DNA of 64,000 bases from the NCBI GenBank assembly GCA_025354385.1, contig JANXMZ010000055.1:8350-72349 (forward strand), in the 5' to 3' direction. The notes below the pieces were generated by a model. It made no database searches, was not told where the DNA came from, and worked only from the letters and a program-made list of their open reading frames with translations. The translations under genes were made by a program, and so were the position numbers. The DNA comes from Bacteroidota bacterium (GTDB taxonomy: Bacteria > Bacteroidota > Bacteroidia > NS11-12g > UBA955). Shown one piece after another: positions 56,537-64,000 of the stretch (position 1 is its first letter; each line of letters starts with the position of its first letter).

Positions 56537-59500
56537 ATGCAAAAAATATTTTTTTCTTTTATTCTCCTAATTTTATCAAGCGCTGCTTTGGGGCAGACCA
56601 GTTTTAGTACGGAACCCAATATTTTTATTGTTGAGTTTACAAAATTCATGAATGACGCTAAAAAACCAGCGCTCACCAAGACAATGGAAAGTTTTAACAC
56701 CAACTGGAAAACACTTAAATATTCGGCCGACCAACAATTATTTATTATGCGCATAGCCAATAGCATGATGTATAAAAGTATGCCAAGAGATCCTTATTTT
56801 GAAATAATGGTAAATAATTTGGAATTGGTTTTAAAAAACAAACTCAATCCTGCTATTTTTAAACAATGGCAAATTATTTCTTTGAAATTACTCGATAAAA
56901 ATCAAAAAGAATACCTTGCTTTTTTGGAAACCTGTAATACCCTATTTGCAGACAATACCCTCTGTAGGTCGGAAGCCAGAAGATGGTACGCTAGCAATGC
57001 CAATTATGAAATTACATACATTAACAATCGCATAGCAATTGTTTTTAAAAATATTGATTTAATATGCCAAGCCGATCAAGATAAAATTAAAATAGCTAAT
57101 TGCGCTGGCACTTTTTATCCAGATAAAAAAATATGGGTTGGCACACAAGGTAGAATTAACTGGGAACGCGTAGGAAAACCAGAAACAGAAGTATATGCCA
57201 CTTTCACGAAGCATCAAATAGATATGAATACTGGAGCTATAAATGCAGATTCGGCATTGTTGAATTATCCAAAAATATCTTCACAAAAAATATTAGGCAA
57301 GCTAAGCGACAGAGTTTCACAAACAGTTTCTGCAGATCAAGTAAAAAAATCAGCGTTTCCTCAATTTATAAGCAGTGAGCCAACGATTGAAATTAGGGGC
57401 ATAGTAGGAAGTAATGCAATTTACAAAGGTGGTTTTTCCATGCAAGGTGCGCAAGTCAATAGTCAAAGTATTGGACAAGGAATGGCTAAAATTATTCTGT
57501 TATACAAAGGCAAACCGTTGGTGGAGGTTACTTCAGATGCATTTCGATTAGACAGTGGCAAGGTGATGAGTCAGCAGGCATCTGTTAAAATTAAAGCGGA
57601 TACAGGTTTTATTTATCATCCAAAAATCATTTTCAATTACAACATAGAAAAGAAAAAAATGATTTTAAATAAAGGTGTTAATGGATTAATGCGCATGCCT
57701 TGGACAGATAATTATCATGGTGTAGAGATAGATGTTGAACAAGTAATATGGGATCAAGATAAACCATACATTGATTTTGACATGATTTCCAATGATAAAA
57801 CCGCCTATGTAGAAACGAATACTTTCTTCAAAAAATTCCTTTTCGAAAGTTGGCAAGGCGCTTTAGCAACTAACCCAATTGAAAAAATGTTTCAATTTTG
57901 CAGAACCAACATGAATGAGAATCGCAAACTAAGCCGTGCTTTCACCATTCAAGATTACGCCAATGCCTTCGGTTCTACCAAAGAATACTTGGAACAACAA
58001 ATCATTGATATGTCAGATGGAGGATTTCTTTTTTATAATCGCCTCAATGATTCCATTTATGTGCGCGATAAACTTTACAACTGGATAGCTAATAATACAG
58101 GAGGAAAAGATTATGATATATTGAGACTTGGCAGCGTGATAGCAGGAAAGCCCAATATTACTTATAACTTAAATTCAAATGAATTAAAAATGGAAGGGGT
58201 TCGGAAATTTACCTTCAGCGATTCTCAAAACGTAGTATCAATGCCAAAAGATCAGTTGGTTGTTATAAAGAAGGATAAGAATTTGCATTTCTCTGGTTTG
58301 TTAAGAGCAGGACGTATTGACTTTTATTCTAAAGATTTTAATTTTGATTATTCACAATTTCAGATTCAGAACACCACGATTGATAGTATGGTAATTTACT
58401 ACCCTGATTTAAATACCAATGCTTTAAGAAAGGTTCAGAGTGTGCTATCTAATACCTATGGACGCATTCTTATTGACAAGCCCAATAACAAGTCGGGACT
58501 CAAGAATTTTCCTGAATACCCCATATTTATAGCCGAGCGGGGTTCGGAGATTAATTACGATAGAGCAGCCACGCATAACCATGCTTATAAGGCAGATAAA
58601 TTTGTTTTTGAAATTGATCCATTTACGATAGACAGTCTTGACAATTTTACCATTGCTGGTTTTGCTTTTGGAGGTACTTTAAAATCAGATGGTATCTTTC
58701 CTGATATTAAAAACAAGGCGAGTATTCAACCAGATTACTCACTAGGATTTGTTGATAAAGTAAATTTACCAATGTACAATGGCAAAGGTCAAGGAGATTT
58801 AATTATTAACTTAAGTAACCGAGGTTTTTATGGAAGTGGTGATTTAATTTATCAAACCTCTATTTCAAAATCTCCAGAATACTTATTACTACCTGATGCA
58901 ACTGTTGGCAATAGTAGTAGTTTTAATTTGCCGGAAAGCGCTAAATACCCTTTAGTTTCTGGCTTTAACGTAAGAACAGAATGGTACCCTAAGCAGGATA
59001 AAATGTTCCAAACAAAATTAGATAGCAATTTTTCTATCTTTAAAACCAAGTATGACTTTGATGGAAAATTAACCCTCTCTCCTGCCGATTTAAGAGGTGA
59101 TGGCAGACTCCTTTGGCCAGATGCTGTATTTGCTAGCAATGATATGATATTTGGTAGAAATAAATCTGACGCTGCCGTTTCGAGTATTAGGATATATGCC
59201 GTAGACCCGAGCAAATTTGCTTTTGAAAGCAATAATGTGAAGGGTAATGTTGATTTTGATAAACGCGAAGGTAAATTCTTAACCAACATCATTGGCACCT
59301 ATACCTATTTTCCATTCAATAATTATTCAAGTAATATGAACGATTACAAATGGGATATGACTAAGAAAACAATGGAAATTAAACCAAGTCTGGCGATGGC
59401 TGGTCTTAAACCTATTTTTGTTGGTTTACCGCAAAACACAACAGACAGCGTAAAATTTGAATGCGCTTATGCTAAATTTGATTTAACTAAGTTTATTTTA

Positions 59501-60919
59501 AACATGGAAAAAATTCCATTTATTGATATTGCAGATAGCAGAGTTTATCCATTTGGAGGCAAAGCCACAGTCAGAGAAAAAGCAGCCATGGACCGATTGG
59601 ATAGTTCGCGAATTGAGGCCAATAGGCTCGATAAATTTCATGAGATTAAGAATTGCCACACGACTATTTTAGGTGGCAATAGTTTAAATGCGGACGGTTA
59701 TTACCGTTATTTGGATAAATACAAGGCAGAACAACCGTTGTATGTTGATAGTATTAGAATTGATAAGGATAAGCACTTGGTAGGTTATGGCAAAATTGCA
59801 GAGGATAAGAATTTCCGATTAGATAAAAAGATTGGTTTCAAAGGTTTATTTGAAGTACTAAGTACTCGTAAACCAATACAATTTATTGGATATGTTAGAC
59901 CAATGCATTCTTTCACATTTATGGAAACCAGTTGGATAAGGTACAATTATGTTGTAGATCCGCAAAATGTGATCATTAATGTGATGAATCCGAGAGATAA
60001 GGATAATAACAAATTGTCCTTAGGGTTATATTTTGCTAATGATAGCAACCATGTCTATCCAATTATGTTCGATTTAAAAAGAAGATATAGCGATCCTGAA
60101 TTGCAGTCAGATACTGGTATTTTATTTTACGACCATTCTAAAGATGCTTTCTTTGTTGGTAATGAAGCAAAATTACTCAACAAGTCTTTAAAAGGAAGCT
60201 ATATGCAATATAACGAGGCAGATAAAAGTGTATATGCAGAGGGCCGTTTTAACTTTAATCTTGCTACGCAGAAAGCCCGTTGCGAAACTGCAGGGTCGGC
60301 TACCCATTCGGCCACAGACAGCACTTATCGGTTTAACCTTATGATGTGGCTCACTTTCCCACTGCCTGCAGAAGTGAATGCCAAAATAACAAAGTTCCTT
60401 GTAGCCGAAGGTGCTGGAAAAGCCCCTGGGTCTATGAAAAACATTGAAAGTAAAAAGGCTTTGGCTGAATTAATATCCGATGTTAAGACTCAAGAGAAAA
60501 TGCAGAAAAGTGTCGATGCTACAGGTGTATTGCCTGCGGAGGGAGAATTTAAGACTGGCTTTGTTTTCTCAAATGTTATTTTTGGATTCAATAGGGTTAA
60601 ACGCAAATTTATTGGTACTGGCAATATTACCATGCCATTGTTTAATGGAACCGTTATTAACAAAAGTTATGATGCAACTGTTGCGATTGAAAAGAAAAAA
60701 AGTGGTGATAAAATATACATTTATATTGTAACCGATAATGGTGAGTGGCTTTACATGGAATATGCCAGAGGAACCATGGTTATTGCTACGAATAATGTTG
60801 AATTAGCGGCAGCAGTAAATCTTGCTTCGGAGAAATATGATCCTGAATTTACTTTGCGTTTAGGTACAGAAAAAACAAAAGATAATTTCTTAATTCGCAA
60901 CGATGTTGATCAAGAATAA
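56537..60919 (+). CDS. Very large secreted hypothetical protein (1460 aa), no recognisable domain
   Basis: Sec signal MQKIFFSFILLILSSAALGQ. N/K/F/Y/D-rich, beta-like composition. I saw no catalytic motif, T9SS C-terminal domain or repeat family. Confidence 0.7.
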   Translation: MQKIFFSFILLILSSAALGQTSFSTEPNIFIVEFTKFMNDAKKPALTKTMESFNTNWKTLKYSADQQLFIMRIANSMMYKSMPRDPYFEIMVNNLELVLKNKLNPAIFKQWQIISLKLLDKNQKEYLAFLETCNTLFADNTLCRSEARRWYASNANYEITYINNRIAIVFKNIDLICQADQDKIKIANCAGTFYPDKKIWVGTQGRINWERVGKPETEVYATFTKHQIDMNTGAINADSALLNYPKISSQKILGKLSDRVSQTVSADQVKKSAFPQFISSEPTIEIRGIVGSNAIYKGGFSMQGAQVNSQSIGQGMAKIILLYKGKPLVEVTSDAFRLDSGKVMSQQASVKIKADTGFIYHPKIIFNYNIEKKKMILNKGVNGLMRMPWTDNYHGVEIDVEQVIWDQDKPYIDFDMISNDKTAYVETNTFFKKFLFESWQGALATNPIEKMFQFCRTNMNENRKLSRAFTIQDYANAFGSTKEYLEQQIIDMSDGGFLFYNRLNDSIYVRDKLYNWIANNTGGKDYDILRLGSVIAGKPNITYNLNSNELKMEGVRKFTFSDSQNVVSMPKDQLVVIKKDKNLHFSGLLRAGRIDFYSKDFNFDYSQFQIQNTTIDSMVIYYPDLNTNALRKVQSVLSNTYGRILIDKPNNKSGLKNFPEYPIFIAERGSEINYDRAATHNHAYKADKFVFEIDPFTIDSLDNFTIAGFAFGGTLKSDGIFPDIKNKASIQPDYSLGFVDKVNLPMYNGKGQGDLIINLSNRGFYGSGDLIYQTSISKSPEYLLLPDATVGNSSSFNLPESAKYPLVSGFNVRTEWYPKQDKMFQTKLDSNFSIFKTKYDFDGKLTLSPADLRGDGRLLWPDAVFASNDMIFGRNKSDAAVSSIRIYAVDPSKFAFESNNVKGNVDFDKREGKFLTNIIGTYTYFPFNNYSSNMNDYKWDMTKKTMEIKPSLAMAGLKPIFVGLPQNTTDSVKFECAYAKFDLTKFILNMEKIPFIDIADSRVYPFGGKATVREKAAMDRLDSSRIEANRLDKFHEIKNCHTTILGGNSLNADGYYRYLDKYKAEQPLYVDSIRIDKDKHLVGYGKIAEDKNFRLDKKIGFKGLFEVLSTRKPIQFIGYVRPMHSFTFMETSWIRYNYVVDPQNVIINVMNPRDKDNNKLSLGLYFANDSNHVYPIMFDLKRRYSDPELQSDTGILFYDHSKDAFFVGNEAKLLNKSLKGSYMQYNEADKSVYAEGRFNFNLATQKARCETAGSATHSATDSTYRFNLMMWLTFPLPAEVNAKITKFLVAEGAGKAPGSMKNIESKKALAELISDVKTQEKMQKSVDATGVLPAEGEFKTGFVFSNVIFGFNRVKRKFIGTGNITMPLFNGTVINKSYDATVAIEKKKSGDKIYIYIVTDNGEWLYMEYARGTMVIATNNVELAAAVNLASEKYDPEFTLRLGTEKTKDNFLIRNDVDQE

Positions 60920-60995
60920 AAACAGACTCACATTTTTTTAACAAAAGCACCTTAAATTTGATATTTAAAAAAAAGTTTATCTTTGCCGATTAAAT

Positions 60996-61646
60996 ATGAA
61001 TACTATAACTGAACTTTCCTTGATTCTATTAGGTGTTAGTGTATCCTATCTAATAGGTTCCATGCCAACGGCACTATGGGTTGGTAAAGCTTTCTTCGGA
61101 CTCGATATTAGAGAACATGGCAGCGGCAATTCAGGTGCTTCCAATACTTTCAGGGTATTGGGTAAAAAAGCTGGCACCGCTGTGCTTATAATAGATGTAA
61201 TAAAGGGTTTAACTGCAGCTAGTATTGTTAGATATTATTCTTTCGTTGAATTGGGCAGCATCAGATATGTTAATTTACAATTATTATTTGGCTTATCAGC
61301 TGTGGTAGGACATGTATTTCCAGTTTATGCCAAGTTTAAAGGTGGTAAAGGAATTGCCACTCTGCTTGGCATGTTGATTGGCATTCATTATCTATCTGCA
61401 CTGGTTTGCATGGGCTTATTTTTAGGAACCCTCCTTTCCACAAGATATGTTTCCCTCAGCAGTATTTTAACTGCAGTAGCATTTCCGTTTATTGCCATTA
61501 TACTTTACAAAAATGAAGAACCAATGTTTATTGCATTTGGCGTGGCAGCAGCATTAATGGTAGTACTAACCCATCAAAAAAATATTAAAAGATTGGTTGC
61601 CGGAAATGAAAGCAAAGCCAATCTTCTTAAAAAACACAAGCGATAA
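60996..61646 (+). CDS. plsY: Glycerol-3-phosphate acyltransferase PlsY
   Basis: GSGNSGASN, DVIKG, HVFPVYAKFKGGKG. Confidence 0.9.
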   Translation: MNTITELSLILLGVSVSYLIGSMPTALWVGKAFFGLDIREHGSGNSGASNTFRVLGKKAGTAVLIIDVIKGLTAASIVRYYSFVELGSIRYVNLQLLFGLSAVVGHVFPVYAKFKGGKGIATLLGMLIGIHYLSALVCMGLFLGTLLSTRYVSLSSILTAVAFPFIAIILYKNEEPMFIAFGVAAALMVVLTHQKNIKRLVAGNESKANLLKKHKR

Positions 61647-61654
61647 ACCTAAAC

Positions 61655-61954
61655 ATGAATTTTTCATTTAATTTTGAATCTCAACATAAAACAGATACAG
61701 TAGCTGAGGCTAAATCTGTGGATATTGGAGCATTTGAAATCATACTTTACAACGATGATGTAAATACTTTTGACCATGTGATAGAGTGTTTGATGAAATA
61801 TTGCAACCATGATGCACAACAAGCTGAACAATGTGCGTGGCTGGTTCACACCAAAGGCAAATGTGCTGTAAAATCAGGAGATTATTCAAGCCTAGCACCG
61901 CTTTGTAATGCCCTTTGTGAAAATGGTCTTTCCGCTCAGATAGAAATGGTCTGA
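61655..61954 (+). CDS. clpS: ATP-dependent Clp protease adaptor ClpS
   Basis: ILYNDDVNTFDHVIECLMKYCNHDAQQAEQCAWLVHTKGKCAVKSG. Confidence 0.9.
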   Translation: MNFSFNFESQHKTDTVAEAKSVDIGAFEIILYNDDVNTFDHVIECLMKYCNHDAQQAEQCAWLVHTKGKCAVKSGDYSSLAPLCNALCENGLSAQIEMV

Positions 61955-61973
61955 AAAAAACAATACAATTTAT

Positions 61974-62777
61974 ATGAACAAAATAATACTAGTACTAGTA
62001 AGTGTAACCTTGCTAATAAGCTGCACCAAAGTCCCTATTACAGGACGCAAACAGAACAACCTTGTTAGCGAAACGGAATTAGAAACCCTAAGTGCTACTG
62101 AATATACTAAATTTTTAAGCACGAATAAAATCTCTACAGACGCCAAACAAAATGAGTTGGTAAAAAGGGTTGGAAATAATATTGCTACTAGCATCACAAA
62201 TTTCTTTAAAACCTATAAAGATGGCAAATACATGAAGGACATTGCCAATTACAAATGGGAATTTACTGTTATAGATGATCCAACTGTGAATGCATGGTGC
62301 ATGCCCGGTGGCAAAGTAGTTGTATATACTGGATTATTGCCAGTTACACAAAATGAGACTGCGCTTGCAGTAGTAATGGGCCACGAAATTGCACATGCAG
62401 TTGCTAAACACGGTAATGAAAGAATGAGTCAGCAATTGAAAGCCCAAACGCTCGGAACTGTTTTATCTGTTGCTGTTTCAGGAAGCCCTCAAGCTACTCA
62501 AGATATATTTAATGTTGCCTTTGGGGTTTCAGGAAATTTAAGCCTATTAAAATACTCCCGCACTCATGAAACAGAAGCTGATAAAATTGGCTTGGTTTTT
62601 ATGGCGCTTGCTGGTTACGATCCTCAGGAAGCCATTCCTTTTTGGGAAAGAATGAGTAAAATGAGTGCAGGTGCTAAACCACCTCAAATTTTGAGCACAC
62701 ACCCTAGCGATGCGCAAAGAATTGCGGACTTGAAAGCTTGGATGCCCGAAGCGATGAAATACTACACTAAAAAGTAA
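61974..62777 (+). CDS. M48-family zinc metallopeptidase lipoprotein
   Basis: Lipobox LLISCTK. HEIAHAVAKH (HExxH). Downstream ETEADKIGL. Confidence 0.85.
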   Translation: MNKIILVLVSVTLLISCTKVPITGRKQNNLVSETELETLSATEYTKFLSTNKISTDAKQNELVKRVGNNIATSITNFFKTYKDGKYMKDIANYKWEFTVIDDPTVNAWCMPGGKVVVYTGLLPVTQNETALAVVMGHEIAHAVAKHGNERMSQQLKAQTLGTVLSVAVSGSPQATQDIFNVAFGVSGNLSLLKYSRTHETEADKIGLVFMALAGYDPQEAIPFWERMSKMSAGAKPPQILSTHPSDAQRIADLKAWMPEAMKYYTKK

Positions 62778-63188
62778 TTGAAAACAATTATAGCTGATGA
62801 ATCTCATATTCCTCAAGTTGCAACTAGTATTCTTGAAGGAATTGGGAATAGAAAAATAATTCTATTAAAAGGCAATTTAGGATCTGGCAAAACCACGCTT
62901 ACTAAAATAATTCTATCTCAACTGGGAATTCTAGGCGCCATTACCAGCCCTACTTTTAATATTGTTAATGACTATTCTTTTGCAAACGATGGGCATTTAT
63001 ACCATTTCGATCTTTATCGCATAAAATCAATTGAAGAATTGTATGAAATAGGGTTTGAAGAATATTTGGACTCCGGAAATATTTGCATTATAGAATGGCC
63101 TGAAATTGCAGAAGAATTATTACCCAATAATTGTTTAAAGGTGACCATTCAAATGAAAGATTCCGAAAGAATTTATCAAATAGATTAA
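62778..63188 (+). CDS. tsaE: tRNA t6A biosynthesis ATPase TsaE
   Basis: LKGNLGSGKTTL, SPTFNIVNDY, LYHFDLYR, IEWPE. The TTG start directly follows the upstream stop. Confidence 0.85.
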   Translation: MKTIIADESHIPQVATSILEGIGNRKIILLKGNLGSGKTTLTKIILSQLGILGAITSPTFNIVNDYSFANDGHLYHFDLYRIKSIEELYEIGFEEYLDSGNICIIEWPEIAEELLPNNCLKVTIQMKDSERIYQID

Positions 63189-63295
63189 AAATTATTTAGG
63201 ATTAAATTTGGACCTTTTTAAGGCACTTATCTAAAGATTATTTTCATGTTTGGTGATGTTGACAAATCACAGTATTTCATTACTTTTGCATCGCT

Positions 63296-64000
63296 ATGAT
63301 TAAAATAAAAGCATTACCCAAATCCACCGCAAAAAACAATACTGTTTTAATAATTGATGTCAAAACCTTCAAGAAATCAGAGGTTTTAAGCACAGAGCAA
63401 AACACGGCTGTCAAAAATGCAATTAAATCTGAAAAGAAAAATATCTTTTTCCATGATGGTTCATTTCATATCCTTGTAATTTTATCAGAAACAACAGTCA
63501 ATTGGAAAGTTTCTGAATTACTCAGAAAATCGGGTGCAAAAATTTGTACTGTTTTAAATGAAAATAAAAAGGAATCTGTTAATATTATTTCTGATGACCA
63601 CAAAGCCTCTTTAGCACTAGCAGAAGGTATAGCACTTTCCAATTATCAATTTTTAAAACATAAAAGTGATAAAAAGAAATTAGGAAATTCTCTATCAGAA
63701 ATTAATATCATCAACACAAATGTTAGCAAAAAAGAAATAGCAGACTTAAATATAATTGTACACGCTACTTATTTAACCCGTGATTTGGTTAATGAACCTT
63801 TCAGTCATTTAAATGCTGTCCAATTATCTGATGAATTTAAAAAGATTGGCAAAGATGCTGGGTTTAGCGTTGAAGTATGGAACGAAGCCAAAATAGAAGC
63901 ACAAAAAATGGGTGGTTTACTTGCAGTGAATAAAGGCAGTAAAGTGCCGCCAACTTTCAACATCATGGAATACAAACCTAAAAATGCCATTAATAAAAAA
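63296..64000 (+). CDS. pepA: Leucyl aminopeptidase (M17), 5' part; runs off window end
   Basis: Own translation from ATG 63296: MIKIKALPKS...TRDLVNEPFSHLNAVQLSDEF...KMGGLLAVNKGSKVPPTFNIMEYKP. Not in the track because there is no stop inside the window. Confidence 0.8.
   Translation, partial: MIKIKALPKSTAKNNTVLIIDVKTFKKSEVLSTEQNTAVKNAIKSEKKNIFFHDGSFHILVILSETTVNWKVSELLRKSGAKICTVLNENKKESVNIISDDHKASLALAEGIALSNYQFLKHKSDKKKLGNSLSEINIINTNVSKKEIADLNIIVHATYLTRDLVNEPFSHLNAVQLSDEFKKIGKDAGFSVEVWNEAKIEAQKMGGLLAVNKGSKVPPTFNIMEYKPKNAINKK

Noticed and set aside
58852-59298. 148-aa minus-strand ORF inside the 1460-aa gene
   Set aside because: It is a shadow ORF. The plus-strand frame is open for 4.4 kb and has a proper signal peptide.
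1-64000. CRISPR arrays, tRNA/rRNA genes, toxin-antitoxin or known defence-system genes
   Set aside because: I scanned the intergenic regions (14893-15189, 15724-16305, 38108-38322, 47004-47393, 48342-48526, 63189-63295). I found no regularly spaced direct repeats, no tRNA-like T-arm sequences and no recognisable defence-protein motifs.

Overview
AT-rich segment (about one-third G+C by eye). Several signals point to Bacteroidota: a UpxY-type antiterminator, lipoprotein signal peptides, almost no Shine-Dalgarno motifs, TAnnTTTG-like boxes, and ruvX-def and plsY-clpS neighbourhoods.

There are three blocks.

(i) 1-14.9 kb, minus strand: a tightly coupled NRPS/PKS operon that runs off the left edge. 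It encodes a 2184-aa A-PCP-KS-AT-ACP-aminotransferase hybrid, a C-A-PCP-TE module, and a further C-A module that is cut by the window edge. Both C-A modules carry an extra half-condensation-domain-like insert between C and A.

(ii) 16.3-38.8 kb: a Wzx/Wzy-type polysaccharide locus. It contains UpxY, Wza, Wzc, a flippase, a polymerase/ligase-like protein, about 9 glycosyltransferases, 4 hexapeptide acyltransferases and an AsnB-like amidotransferase. The initiating phosphoglycosyltransferase is encoded convergently.

(iii) 38.8-64 kb: mostly housekeeping genes. These are YhhQ-like, beta-CASP MBL, amidohydrolase, CCA/HD nucleotidyltransferase, LigB dioxygenase, rpsA, def, ruvX, lysA, udk, plsY, clpS, M48 peptidase, tsaE and pepA. 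Lipoproteins and a 1460-aa domain-less secreted protein are interspersed among them.

I saw no rRNA, tRNA, CRISPR array, transposase or integrase. All calls rest on reading motifs in the supplied translations and on my own translation of the two edge-truncated ORFs. No database or HMM search was possible.
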